A DNA stretch of 64,000 nt, taken from Gemmatimonadota bacterium. GTDB lineage: Bacteria > Gemmatimonadota > Gemmatimonadetes > Gemmatimonadales > GWC2-71-9. How positions within the stretch are numbered: the stretch's first letter is position 1; each line of letters opens with the position of its first letter. The position numbers and the translations under genes were made by a program. The stretch is from contig JBDHKN010000003.1 of the NCBI GenBank assembly GCA_039586365.1, forward strand, positions 1-64,000, in the 5' to 3' direction. Shown piece by piece: positions 28,205-38,810 of the stretch. The notes below the pieces were generated by a model. That model saw nothing but the letters and a program-made list of their open reading frames with translations, was not told the DNA's origin and did not search any database.

Positions 28205-30299
28205 CCGCCGGGGGGGACGCGACGGCTTCCAGCGTTACGAGGCAGAAGTCATCCGTCAAAGTGGTCGTGCCGGTGAATTGATGCACTGCTTCGACAATGG
28301 CCTGGCTCAGTCCGGCGAGTTCGCCGTGCAGATTGTCCTGGAGGACACGCATCAATCGGTCGCGCCCGAATTCCTCCCCTTCCGGATTGGACGCCTCCGT
28401 TACGCCATCAGTGAAGAACAGGAATACGTCGTCCTGCCGCAGCGGACCGGTGAACAGGCTGTAGGTGCTCTCCGGAAACAGCCCGAGTGCCGGATTGTGT
28501 CTCAGTCTCTCGATCATCAATTCGACTGTTCCGGTTCGCCGGTTGGCCCGCAGCGGCGAGGGATGTCCCGCCGAGGCGTACTCTAGGTTTGCCTGTTGCG
28601 TGTCGGCCACTAGCAGGAGTGCGGAGACAAACACGGATTGGTTGGTCTGTCGGATGATGTCGTGATAATCCCGGTTGAGGTGTTCGAGGAAGTCAGCCGG
28701 GTCGTTCGCCTGGGAAGCCCAGTTGTGCACGAGGGTGCGCAGAATGGCCGTTACCAGAGCCGAGCGTGCTCCGTGCCCCATGACATCGGCGATGAAGACT
28801 CCGGCGCGGTGATCTGATAGCTCGAGTAGGTCATAGAAATCACCGCCGACCGTCAGTGTCGGTCTGTAGACCGGGTGGAAATGCAGCTCGAGCTGGTCGC
28901 TGGGCACGCGGGGATAGTCCTGGGGCAACAGCGCCAGTTGGAACTCACGGGCCATGACGAGGTCCTGCTGAATGGCGGCGGTCTTGGCGGCGATCTCTTC
29001 CTCCAGATGCTCGTGATACTGCGTGAGGTTCCGGGCCATCTGACCGAAATGCCCTGCCAGCGACTCGATTTCGTCACCGGTTTGGATTCGACTGGTCTGC
29101 TCAAGCGCGGCCCGAGCAGCCAGGAGATCGCTGCGCTTACGGTCGTCGCTGGCTGCCGTCTCCAGCTTGGCGGTTGCGGCGAGCGTGTCTGTAGCCGAGC
29201 GGAGTACTTGCAGGGGGGAGACGATCCCGTGACCGGCCAAATAGAAGCCGCCTAGGGCAAAGCCCAGTACCAGCACACATCCGACCAGGGTCAAGCGCAC
29301 CAGCAAGCGGCGCACGGGAGCCAACACCGTGGCGGTGGGCTCCGACACCAGCAAGTACATGCGGCCGAGCCCGGATGGAGTTGCCGTGGCCCCTGTGCCT
29401 GCCGTCAAGTCCAGCGGGCTGTAACCAACCATGTGCGATCCGTCCGCAGCTAGCTCGACGACCATCCAACCAGGTTGCTCCGCTGTTAGCTGGCTCACCG
29501 CCTCGGGAGAAATCGTCTCCTCGAGCGGTACGAAATCCGCCTCAAACAGGCGGACCAGAATACGGCCGTCTTCCATCACTACATCACATCTCACGCCCTG
29601 TTCGGATAAGACCAGTGGGACCGAGGAGAACAGGGGTGAGACGTCCAGGACAGCTTTAAGAACGCCTGCTGGCGGGGGCGGAGTCGCACTGACTGTGTGA
29701 ATGGGCAGGGCAACATCCAGGGAAAACACGGCCGCGCTGGAATCGAAATGAAGACCTTCCATCCCGACCCCGCCAGGCGCAAACTGGATGGCCTCTTGCC
29801 ACCACGACTCATCGGCTTGCCAGTAATTGGAAGTCTTTTCCGTACTGGCTATCACCCGGCCCGTATCGTCCGTGACAAAGAGTTCGGCGATGAGGGGGTG
29901 CTGCGACTGAAAGGTTTGCAGCAAGGCCGCGACGTCGTTCGTGAGCACTTCGCGTACTGCAACATCCTCGAACGCGAGCGCTGGCCAGCGGGTCTCCAGG
30001 CGGGAGATGTACTGTTCGAACTCGGCATCGGTTCGGACGGGCCGGGCGTCATTCTGCCGCTGCACCAGGTCCGGCAGATTCGTCAGCAGCATCAGATCCC
30101 GGAGACTTCCCACTTGCTGGCTGACACTCAAGGCCAGCAGTCGCGCCACGTGCTCCGCAGCACCTTGAGACAAGAGGCCCTTTTCGCGCACCAGATGCCG
30201 ATAACCCATGGTCTGGAGCGCTACCAAGCCTATGACCAGCGGCACGACCGCCGCAAGCACCAGGATCCCGGCCAGTTTGAAACGTATTCCGAGTCGCAT
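28152..30299 (-). CDS. SpoIIE/PP2C-type Ser phosphatase with periplasmic sensor (Cache-like) and HAMP domains
   Basis: Two TM segments, GDEIE.L..F, VGGDFYD, IADVMGHG, SAGHP, FTDGVTEA, DDFCLV. Confidence 0.92.
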   Translation of the reverse strand: MRLGIRFKLAGILVLAAVVPLVIGLVALQTMGYRHLVREKGLLSQGAAEHVARLLALSVSQQVGSLRDLMLLTNLPDLVQRQNDARPVRTDAEFEQYISRLETRWPALAFEDVAVREVLTNDVAALLQTFQSQHPLIAELFVTDDTGRVIASTEKTSNYWQADESWWQEAIQFAPGGVGMEGLHFDSSAAVFSLDVALPIHTVSATPPPPAGVLKAVLDVSPLFSSVPLVLSEQGVRCDVVMEDGRILVRLFEADFVPLEETISPEAVSQLTAEQPGWMVVELAADGSHMVGYSPLDLTAGTGATATPSGLGRMYLLVSEPTATVLAPVRRLLVRLTLVGCVLVLGFALGGFYLAGHGIVSPLQVLRSATDTLAATAKLETAASDDRKRSDLLAARAALEQTSRIQTGDEIESLAGHFGQMARNLTQYHEHLEEEIAAKTAAIQQDLVMAREFQLALLPQDYPRVPSDQLELHFHPVYRPTLTVGGDFYDLLELSDHRAGVFIADVMGHGARSALVTAILRTLVHNWASQANDPADFLEHLNRDYHDIIRQTNQSVFVSALLLVADTQQANLEYASAGHPSPLRANRRTGTVELMIERLRHNPALGLFPESTYSLFTGPLRQDDVFLFFTDGVTEASNPEGEEFGRDRLMRVLQDNLHGELAGLSQAIVEAVHQFTGTTTLTDDFCLVTLEAVASPPAAIPASFSDPRPGTGPRL

Positions 30300-30456
30300 G
30301 GCTCGCTCCGCCTGCTTCCCAAGATACGTCGTTCGGTCGCCACCTGTCGATCACAAATGTGGCGATTCAGTATCCGGCGTTCTCGTCGTCGGTGCTCGGA
30401 GCTGTCGCCATCACTCGACAGAGACCATTTCATACCCCCTTGGGGGGCAACACAGC

Positions 30457-30985
30457 TCAACGCGTGAAGAACGAGAAGCCAAACAACCCGGCCACTGTGT
30501 CCATGCCGACCAGGTCATCATTCTCAAACCGGTGCCCGTACGAGCCCTCGAGTCGGAATACGAGCCTCTCCACTATTGGGATCTTCACGCCCAGTCCCCC
30601 ACCTACACCTAGTTGAGATACGCTCTCGCCCCCTGATCCCGCAAGGACTACCTGACCCTGTCCCCGCAGGTAGGGCTGCGCTCGAGTGACGTCGGGTACG
30701 AAATGGTACAGGCCGGAGAGCGTGAATCCAAGCTCATATATCGCATCCACATCCTCAGGCTTCGCGAAGACCAGGCTTACCGCAGGTTCGATGGATAACT
30801 GATCCGTGGTGACGAACCCCACCCGTACGGTCTGCACAGGGACGACGGCTTGCACCAAACTCGACCCACCGCCGAATGAAACCCCAGCGGCAGCCTGTAA
30901 GCCGAGTTCGATCGGTTTGGTTTGGGCCAGCCGGGCTCGATAGGAATAGGCATAGCGCCACGACAACGCCAACGCGAGCAAACAT
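30457..30985 (-). pseudogene. Outer-membrane beta-barrel protein, frameshift just after the signal peptide
   Basis: GGAGG-N7-ATG at 30985 gives MFARVGVVVALCLFLSSP. The barrel frame (LAQTKPIELG...QPYL...GGGLGVKIP...FGFSFFTR) is offset by one base near 30931. Confidence 0.75.
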
Positions 30986-31247
30986 GGGATGACCTCCTTG
31001 ACGGTTCACCTGCAGATGCCTTTGCGCGACAATCAAGGGTGGTCTTGAGGGCAACTACTAGTATGAAGCTCAGTGCAATGGTCTGCTAGGGAGTGGGATC
31101 GAAAACCTGCGTCAGGCCGCTTGAATGGGGCGCACTGACGCTGAGAGCCGGTCCCTGGTTTGACATCCACCCGACCGAGGAGTCAGGATTATCCTGAACG
31201 ATATTGTAGCGATGCACCTACGCTCGCCAATTCCGGAGGTTCGACCA

Positions 31248-32909
31248 ATGACCCGCTGGCTAGCTTGCCGTACACCTATCTGCCTGACAGCAGCGCTCGC
31301 CATCACCACGAGCTGTACCCGCAATAGCGCTCCAAGCTCAGAGACCCCAAGCGATCGGTATGACGACCTCGTCGCGTTCTTCGCGGAGTGGCGCACCTTC
31401 CAGCAGCCCAGTTTCGTTGATGGGGTCCCTGACTACACTGAGCGAGCGATGGCGGAGCAGCACAGCGAGTTGGCTGCGTATCAGCGGCGGCTCGCTGCCA
31501 TCGACACAACCGGTTGGTCGGTGGCGCAGCAGGTGGACTACCATTTGGTGCGGGCCGAGATGAACGGCCTCGACTTCGACCACCGAGTGCTGCGACCGTG
31601 GGCACGCAACCCGGCGTTCTACACCATGATCTTTGCTGCCCAGAGCGACGTGCCGGCACACGAGGGCCCAGTCGTGCACGGCTGGATCGATCTCTGGACC
31701 TACCGGTTCCCGCTCGCGTCTGATGATGCAGCACAACTCGGCAACCGGCTGCGAGTCATCCCGAAGCTGCTCCAACAAGCCAAGCAGAACCTAGTCGAAG
31801 ACGCGAGAGACCTCTGGGTAAGCGGAATCCGAGGTATGACCGTACAGAGCGCGGACCTGGCGGTACTGGCGGGCCGGGTGGCCGGTAACGCCGAACTCGA
31901 GGCTGACATACAGCAGGCGCGTGAGGCCACCGACGAGTTCCGGGGCTGGCTGGAACAAGTGGCTGCTTCAAAGACGGGACCCTCGGGGGTCGGGATTGAG
32001 AACTACAACTGGTACCTGAAGAACGTGCACCTCGTCTCCTTTACTTGGGAGGAAGAGGTGGCTGTCATGCAGCGCGAACTCGCCCGCGCCTTTGCTGGGC
32101 TCAAACTGGAGGAGCACCGCAATCGTGATCTCCCGCGGCTTGGGCGCATCGCGAGCGCCGAGGAGTACGACCGTCGTTTCAACGCTGCGGTCACTGAGTA
32201 CATAGCGTTCCTCCGCGACCATGATGTCATATCGGTCCGCGATTACATGGAACCTGCGCTAAGAGAGCGAATCGGGAGGTTCAGTCCGGCGGAAGGCCTG
32301 CGCGGTTTCTTCTCGGAGGTGAGCTACCGAGATCCCCTCACTATGCGGACGCACGGCCATCATTGGTTTGACCTGGCCATGATGGCTCACGATCCACACC
32401 CGAGCCCGATCCGGCGCGTGCCGCTGCTCTACAATATCTGGGACAGCCGCGCGGAAGGGGTGGCGACCGGCATGGAAGAATGGATGATGCTAGCTGGCCT
32501 GTTTGACGACCGCCCCAGGGCTCGCGAGCTCATCTACATTCTGATCGCTCAACGGGCTGCGCGTGCCCTGGCCGGCTTGTTCATGCACAGCAATGATTTC
32601 ACCATGGATCAAGCCGTGAAGTTCGCCTCCCAGTGGACCCCACGCGGCTGGCTGCCCGAAGACGGCAGCACCGTCCGGGTTGAGCAGCACCTCTATCTGC
32701 AGCAGCCCTACTATGGTGTGAGCTACCTCATGGGCAAGTATGAAATCGAGCAACTCATGGCCGTGCGGGCGCGCCAGCTCGGTGACGAGTTCACCCTGAA
32801 GCGTTTCATGGACGAGATGAACCAGTCGGGCTTGATCCCCGTCTCACTCATCCGCTGGGAGCTGACCGGCCAGGCTGACCAGATCACGCGGCTGGCGGCG
32901 GCTCGCTGA
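31248..32909 (+). CDS. DUF885 family lipoprotein
   Basis: Lipobox TTSC, THGHHWFD, RAEG.AT..EE, YLQQP.YG.SY.MGK, F.LKRFMDE....G.IP.SLIRW. GGAGG RBS. Confidence 0.82.
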   Translation: MTRWLACRTPICLTAALAITTSCTRNSAPSSETPSDRYDDLVAFFAEWRTFQQPSFVDGVPDYTERAMAEQHSELAAYQRRLAAIDTTGWSVAQQVDYHLVRAEMNGLDFDHRVLRPWARNPAFYTMIFAAQSDVPAHEGPVVHGWIDLWTYRFPLASDDAAQLGNRLRVIPKLLQQAKQNLVEDARDLWVSGIRGMTVQSADLAVLAGRVAGNAELEADIQQAREATDEFRGWLEQVAASKTGPSGVGIENYNWYLKNVHLVSFTWEEEVAVMQRELARAFAGLKLEEHRNRDLPRLGRIASAEEYDRRFNAAVTEYIAFLRDHDVISVRDYMEPALRERIGRFSPAEGLRGFFSEVSYRDPLTMRTHGHHWFDLAMMAHDPHPSPIRRVPLLYNIWDSRAEGVATGMEEWMMLAGLFDDRPRARELIYILIAQRAARALAGLFMHSNDFTMDQAVKFASQWTPRGWLPEDGSTVRVEQHLYLQQPYYGVSYLMGKYEIEQLMAVRARQLGDEFTLKRFMDEMNQSGLIPVSLIRWELTGQADQITRLAAAR

Positions 32910-33099
32910 CGCCGGCTGCCACCTGCGTGGATGCCGAGGAGCGTGAGCTAATCGTTCCTTATTTCCTCCACGGGATCCAACCGAGTAGCTCGGAGCGTCG
33001 GAATCGCCGTGCTGATGAGGTGTTCAAGTCCCAACAACTTGGTGCGTAAGCCAGGTCCGAAGTAGACTAGAAGGTCCACCACATGATGCGGAGATCGAG

Positions 33100-34236
33100 A
33101 TGGCCGTCCCGTTGCCTCGTCTAACCCATTTGGCTCAATTGGTCGTCGCTTCTACCCTGGCGGCGGCCTTGTCCTCAGACACGACTGGACAGGGTCCCGA
33201 GCTCCGTTGGAGCTACGATACTCACGGCTGAATCTTCTCCACTCCCGCGGTCGCGGGAGATCTACTCTTCATCGGTTCGTGTGCCGGCAGCTTCGTGGCG
33301 TTCGACAAGCTCGCGGGCGACGTTCGCTGGAGCTACGACATTCGCCAGGATGGTGATCAGTCGTACTTCCACGGGGACTTCCACCTCACCGACGAGCTGG
33401 TGCTTACGGCGAGTGATGGACAGGGCTTCGGAACGGTGTACGCGTTCGAACGGAAGACCGGATCTGTCCGTTGGAGCCACACCGAACAGGAGAACATCCC
33501 GTCTACCGTCGTCCCAGGTGGGGAGAGTGTCTACGTAGTTACACAGCCCGACCAGGTCCTCGCTCTCGATCTCGCATCGGGGGATCTCCGCTGGAACTTC
33601 AGAACGCAAGGAGATCGCATCGGTAGGACGCGGTTGGTCTCGTCGCCGGTGGTCGATGACGAGCTCGTGTACGTGAGCGGTCGGGACGGGATTCTCTATG
33701 CCCTTGATGCCGCAACTGGTGTTGTAGAGTGGAGGGTCGACTTCCAGACTCCGGCAATAACGTCTCCAGCCATGTGGCGTGGGGGCTTATACGTCGGCAC
33801 AGGTGCTGGGAGAATCGTGCGGGTAGATGCAGCGACGGGGACGGTTGAGGCTGAAGCCGAGATCGGGAGTTCGCTGTACGTAGAATACGGACTGAGTGCG
33901 AGTGATGACGGGGTCTTCGTCTACTCGGGGATTGCACCGGGAACCTCGGCGCCCGCCGAGCTGAATGTATTTGCTACATCGTTGACCGAGGTGCGCTGGC
34001 GCCACGACAACGAGCGGGGATGGAGTACACCGCGCGCATATAGCTGGGGCGAGTACATCGTGGCAGGTGATGTGGCTGGGAATATCTATCTGTTCCGGCA
34101 TTCCGACGGTTCCGTAGCACGGAGCTTCAGGATCGACGGTGAGCCCCGGGGGATTGGAGGTGAGGGACACATGTTGTACATCGGTACCCTCAACGGGATG
34201 CTCTACGCATACGAGATGGAGAACGGCGGCAACTAG
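33100..34236 (+). CDS. Secreted PQQ/BamB-like beta-propeller protein with in-frame UGA at codon 44 (candidate selenoprotein)
   Basis: ATG 33100 (GGAG upstream) is in frame with the ORF from 33295. It reads as a signal-like segment, then LRWSYDTHG-UGA-IFSTPAVAGDLLFIGSCAGSFVAFDK, a complete first blade. Later blades have W.F...SSP.V....VYV...DG.LYALD..TG. Confidence 0.8.
33242..33259 (+). promoter_or_regulatory. Candidate bacterial SECIS element
   Basis: CTCCCGC-GGTC-GCGGGAG hairpin starting 10 nt after the UGA (33229-33231), with the loop starting with G. Confidence 0.65.
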
Positions 34237-34406
34237 AAGTCCACTGGACACCCGAGCCTATCGGCCCGACCAACGGTGAGACTGGCAGTCGCACATCCCT
34301 CAACGGGTCTCCTTCCTTGATTCAGACACTCGTAGGACAGGTACACCTCATTGCTGGAAGGATCGTCCGTCTCGGCTAGACTCCATGGCGGTCCGCTGTC
34401 TCCGAT

Positions 34407-35576
34407 CTACCACTTCGCGATCGTCATCGCCAACTCCATTAGCATCTGCGCCGGTGTAACCCGGAGGTTGCGGAAGTCACTCGAGTTGACCTGCACTGCC
34501 ACGGCAATCTCCTGATCCGGGAAGTACGCCATCTCAGTCAGATAGCCCGGGAAGAATCCACTGTGGCCCCAACTCACGCCCAGCGGAGTGGGACGCATGA
34601 TGACGCCGAGTCCGTATTGTGTGTTGGGCCCGAGCCTGGCCGCGACACCGTCCAGCATGACCGTAAGCATGGAACCGTCGAACGCACGGCCCTCGTAGAG
34701 CGCCTCAGCCCAGCGCGCCAGGTCTTCGGCCGTCGATGCGATTCCGCCGCCGGTCCACTCGAACTGCGGATTGATCGCAAACTCACCGTCGATGAGCACT
34801 GCTGCGGGCAGGCGAAACGGGTTCTCGACGCCGGCGTATCCCTGCACGAGTCCCGGAATCCGACGCGAGTCTGATGGGACAGTGTTCTCGAGCCCGAGCG
34901 GTTCCAGTATCCGACGACGCATCTCTTCGTAGTAGGAGGTTCCGGTGAGGCGCTCGATGATCAGGCCGAGGATGATGTAGTTGGTATCGGAGTAATCCCA
35001 GCCTTCGCCGGCAGGAAAGGGGGCCTCGGTGTCGAACAGGTAGGCCAGTTGCTCCACGGGGTCCCACACCTTGGCCGGCTGCGCCAGCAGATCGTCGATG
35101 AACCTGTCGTTGAACTCGTAGCGGATGATGCCGCTGGTGTGGTTCATGAGTTGTCTGACGGTTATGTCTGCGTGGTTCGGCAGATGCGGGTACCAGTCCT
35201 CGTTTCCCAGGTAATGCGACACCTGCGCGTCCAGGTTCAGCTTGCCCTCATGCACCAGTTGCAGGGCAACGGCGGCCACGTAGGTCTTGCCTACGCTGCC
35301 CTGTAGCAGCCGGTCGGATGGCACCATCGGAATCATGAGGACCGTGTCCGACATGCCAGCTGCCAAGCCCAGCGAGGTTCCGTCCCGCAACACCACGCCT
35401 GCGACAACGCCTGGCGCACCGCTCTCGGCATGCAGCTCTGCCAGTCGTTGCTGCAGTGCTTCGCGCAGTTGGAGCTCGTCGCGGGCGACCTCCTCCTGCC
35501 CGTGCAGCATGCCCGCCGCTAGCGCGAGCGCCAGAATCGTGGTTGGTGGAGTCTGCTTCTTGACGCGGTGCCACAT
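34407..35576 (-). CDS. Serine hydrolase, beta-lactamase/AmpC family
   Basis: GSVGKT (SxxK), LMNHTSG, YSDTNY, GHSG..PGY. Confidence 0.92.
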   Translation of the reverse strand: MWHRVKKQTPPTTILALALAAGMLHGQEEVARDELQLREALQQRLAELHAESGAPGVVAGVVLRDGTSLGLAAGMSDTVLMIPMVPSDRLLQGSVGKTYVAAVALQLVHEGKLNLDAQVSHYLGNEDWYPHLPNHADITVRQLMNHTSGIIRYEFNDRFIDDLLAQPAKVWDPVEQLAYLFDTEAPFPAGEGWDYSDTNYIILGLIIERLTGTSYYEEMRRRILEPLGLENTVPSDSRRIPGLVQGYAGVENPFRLPAAVLIDGEFAINPQFEWTGGGIASTAEDLARWAEALYEGRAFDGSMLTVMLDGVAARLGPNTQYGLGVIMRPTPLGVSWGHSGFFPGYLTEMAYFPDQEIAVAVQVNSSDFRNLRVTPAQMLMELAMTIAKW

Positions 35577-35669
35577 CGTTTCCCCCTTGGGTAGGCGCGG
35601 CACTAAATCTCGTCACCGAGGGCGCTTGTTCAAGTCGGCGTGAAACTCGACCATGACTCGACTCGTATA

Positions 35670-35690
35670 TATATCAGTCAGTATATACTG
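35670..35690. promoter_or_regulatory. AT-rich inverted repeats (TATAT-N8-ATATA; CAGTATATACTG), likely PadR operator
   Basis: About 20-40 bp upstream of the padR GTG. Confidence 0.55.
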
Positions 35691-35710
35691 TCCAAAGAGA
35701 GGGGTGAACC

Positions 35711-36067
35711 GTGGGTGTCAAAGCCGCCGCTCCCGACCTCAAACCGCAGTGGTTCCAGATCTTACTGGCCCTGGCCGACCAGGATCTCCACGGCTACGCA
35801 ATCATGAAGGAAGTGCTGGAGAGGACTGAGGGACGCATGAGGCTCTGGCCTGCCATGCTGTACGGGTCGCTGAAGCGCATGCTGGAGTCGGGGTTGATCG
35901 TCGAAGTCGAACCTCCTGCACGTTCAGGGGACGATCAGGTCGACAGACGCTTCTATCGCATCACTCGGCTCGGCAAGCGGCGCCTGGCCGAGGAGGTGGA
36001 ACGCATGGCCGACTACGTCGCGGCGGCACGGGCCAAGCGTTTACTACACAAGGGAAAGCAAGCCTGA
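35711..36067 (+). CDS. PadR family transcriptional regulator
   Basis: [38 protein letters not shown]. Confidence 0.93.
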   Translation: MGVKAAAPDLKPQWFQILLALADQDLHGYAIMKEVLERTEGRMRLWPAMLYGSLKRMLESGLIVEVEPPARSGDDQVDRRFYRITRLGKRRLAEEVERMADYVAAARAKRLLHKGKQA

Positions 36068-36068
36068 G

Positions 36069-38732
36069 GTGCTGGTGCTGCACGGCATCCTGGAACTGTT
36101 GACCTGGCTCTTCCCGCCCCGTTTCCGCAGGGAGTACGGACGGGAGATGCGGCATCTGTATGGGCGAATCCTCGTCGATGAGAAGCGGCGGCATGGCGCT
36201 ATCGCAGGGCCGTTGGTCGTGCTGGCAGCAGCCCTTGACGTGCTCCGCAGAGCGCCGGTCGAGTGGGGGAGTCTGCTGTTGGACTGGTGGTCGCACAGTA
36301 GGCGGGTATCTCGCCGCCGATTTGGAGTGAGACTCATGGCAACGATTCAAGATGCGTGTTACGCAATCCGCACCCTCGTCAAGCGACCGGGATTCACGGC
36401 CGCGGCTGTGCTCACCTTGGCGCTGGGTATCGGTGCCAATACGGCCATCTTCAGTGTGGTGAACTCGATTCTGTTCCGGCCGCTTCCGATTGCCGAAGCG
36501 GACAGAGTAGTCACGCTGTGCGAGACGAATCCTGCCGTAGCGGCGTTCTGCGTTGCCTCCCCTCCAAACGTGGCGGACTGGTCGGATCAAAGCACCACAT
36601 TCGAGAACTTTGGGCTTGCGCGCGGCTGGCCGTTCATAATGCAGACAGGCGCAGGTGTTGAGGGCATTTCGGGTGGCATCGCTACACCTGGCTTCTTCCA
36701 CGTGCTCCGGTACACACCTCACCTCGGCCGGCTGTTCATTGAGGCAGAGCTACGAGAGGGCAACAACCGTGTCGTGGTATTGAGCTATAGCATGTGGCGC
36801 AGTGAGTTCGGCAGCGATGCAAGCGTCATTGGTCGTACGATCACGCTGGACAACGAGCCCTATCAGGTTATCGGAGTGCTCGGCCCCGAAGCTAAGGCGC
36901 CGCAAATGGAGGACTTCGAGCTGTGGGCGCCGCTGCACTTCAACCCGAGGGACGAACAGGAACGGGGATGGCGGGGGTTCAGGACTTTCGGGCGGCTGCG
37001 TGATGGTATCTCGCTAGCGGAAGCGCGGAGTGACATGGCAACCATCACGGGCCGACTGGCACTGCAGTACCCTGAGACCAACGCGGGCTGGGGCATTAGC
37101 ATCATACCGCTGCGAGACCATGTGGTCGGGTCGACGCGTCCCCTGCTTCTCACCTTCCTGGGTGCAGTGGGGTTTGTCCTGCTGATCTGCTGTGCGAACG
37201 TCGCCAACCTACTGCTTGCGCGGATCGCCGGGCGACGCAGGGAACTGGCAGTACGCGCGGCGCTTGGTGCGGAGCGTAGCAGACTCGTGCGATTCCTAAT
37301 GGCAGAGAGCGCTATACTGTCGCTGGTCGGCACTGCGGTTGGCATCGTGCTCGCCTTCGTCACAGTGAAGCTGTTCGTCGGGCTTGCACCCGGCAACATT
37401 CCGCGCCTGGATGAAGTGAGCATCGATGGCCGCGCCTTGGGTTTCGCGGTGCTCGTTGCAGCGGTCACTGCCGTCCTATTCGGACTGGTGCCCGCACTCC
37501 AGGCATCGAAGCTCGATCTTGGCCAGACACTGAAGGAAGGCGAGCAAAAAAGCACGGACAGGTCCAGCCTCAGGCTTCGGAATGCACTGATCGTGTCGCA
37601 AGTGACTCTCGCAGTGGTGTTGTTGGTGGGCGCGGGACTCTTGATGCAGAGCTTCGTGACGCTACTCAGGTGGCAGCCAGGGTTCGATCGAGGAAACCTG
37701 CTCACCGTATGGTTACTTGGATCGTCGGGCAAGTACAGCAACGGGGACGAAGTTGTTGCGGTGTTCGAACAGGCAGCCGCTGAAGTGAGCGCACTACCCT
37801 CCGTCATTTCGGTGGGTGCAACTTCCGCGGGGCCCTTGTTCGGCGGTCGTGAGACCGGTGAGTTCGTGATACAAGGCTGGGCGGAAGCTGGCTCGGACAG
37901 TCCAGTAGCGAGGTGGTACGACGTAGACACCGGTTATTTCCCGACCCTCGGCGTACCTCTCCTTGCGGGGCGACAATTCACCACGAGCGATGACACACGC
38001 GCTCCAGAGGTTGCAGTCGTCAACGAAACCATGGCGCAGCGCTACTGGCCTGGCCAAGATCCCCTGGGTAGGCAGGTCACTTACGAAGGGAGGACGATGA
38101 TTGTGGTTGGGGTGGTAGGTGATGTACAGCCATTCTTGAAGGGTGCCCCCGTCGAGCCGGAGATCTACTGGCCCAAACGGCAGTCACCGCGATGGGCGAC
38201 GTTTCTCGTCATCAGGACAAACAGCGATCCGCTGGCCACGGTGCGGACGGTGCGCGACAGGCTTCAGGCTGTCGATCCCGACATGCAGGTGTCGGGGTTC
38301 GCGACGCTCGATGAGCTTGCCGGACGTCAGTTGGTTCGGCCGCGCTTCAACATGTTTCTGGTGGGTGCGTTCGCACTACTGGCTATGGTGCTGACTGCCG
38401 TGGGTGTCTACGGTGTCGTGGCGTACTCTGTGGCGCAACGCACACAGGAGATCGGTGTCCGTATCGCTCTCGGCGCGCACCGCGGTGCCATCGTGCGATG
38501 GGTCATCGAAAAGGGCATAGGGCCTACGCTGGTAGGTTTACTGCTCGGCTTGGGTGGTGCGTTCGCGATCACTCGGGTGTTGGCGAGTCTGTTGTACGGT
38601 GTGCGGCCCAGAGACCCGCTGACGTTCGGGGCAACCGCACTGTTCGTAGTCGTGGTTTCACTGCTTGCGAGCTACGTTCCGGCCTGGCGGGCCACGAAGG
38701 TCGATGCGGTGGTGGCGCTGAGGCAAGAGTAG
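36069..38732 (+). CDS. ADOP-type duplicated ABC transporter permease
   Basis: [13 protein letters not shown] extension, [44 protein letters not shown]. Confidence 0.95.
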   Translation: MLVLHGILELLTWLFPPRFRREYGREMRHLYGRILVDEKRRHGAIAGPLVVLAAALDVLRRAPVEWGSLLLDWWSHSRRVSRRRFGVRLMATIQDACYAIRTLVKRPGFTAAAVLTLALGIGANTAIFSVVNSILFRPLPIAEADRVVTLCETNPAVAAFCVASPPNVADWSDQSTTFENFGLARGWPFIMQTGAGVEGISGGIATPGFFHVLRYTPHLGRLFIEAELREGNNRVVVLSYSMWRSEFGSDASVIGRTITLDNEPYQVIGVLGPEAKAPQMEDFELWAPLHFNPRDEQERGWRGFRTFGRLRDGISLAEARSDMATITGRLALQYPETNAGWGISIIPLRDHVVGSTRPLLLTFLGAVGFVLLICCANVANLLLARIAGRRRELAVRAALGAERSRLVRFLMAESAILSLVGTAVGIVLAFVTVKLFVGLAPGNIPRLDEVSIDGRALGFAVLVAAVTAVLFGLVPALQASKLDLGQTLKEGEQKSTDRSSLRLRNALIVSQVTLAVVLLVGAGLLMQSFVTLLRWQPGFDRGNLLTVWLLGSSGKYSNGDEVVAVFEQAAAEVSALPSVISVGATSAGPLFGGRETGEFVIQGWAEAGSDSPVARWYDVDTGYFPTLGVPLLAGRQFTTSDDTRAPEVAVVNETMAQRYWPGQDPLGRQVTYEGRTMIVVGVVGDVQPFLKGAPVEPEIYWPKRQSPRWATFLVIRTNSDPLATVRTVRDRLQAVDPDMQVSGFATLDELAGRQLVRPRFNMFLVGAFALLAMVLTAVGVYGVVAYSVAQRTQEIGVRIALGAHRGAIVRWVIEKGIGPTLVGLLLGLGGAFAITRVLASLLYGVRPRDPLTFGATALFVVVVSLLASYVPAWRATKVDAVVALRQE

Positions 38733-38741
38733 TCTTGGAGA

Positions 38742-38761
38742 GAGCGGGGAGCGGGGAGCGG
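38742..38761. repeat. Intergenic heptamer tandem repeat (GAGCGGG)x~3
   Basis: Read directly from the sequence, immediately downstream of the permease stop. Confidence 0.6.
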
Positions 38762-38810
38762 TGGACGGGGTACCCGCTGGATGAAAGAGCACATTCACGC
38801 AAACTGACGG

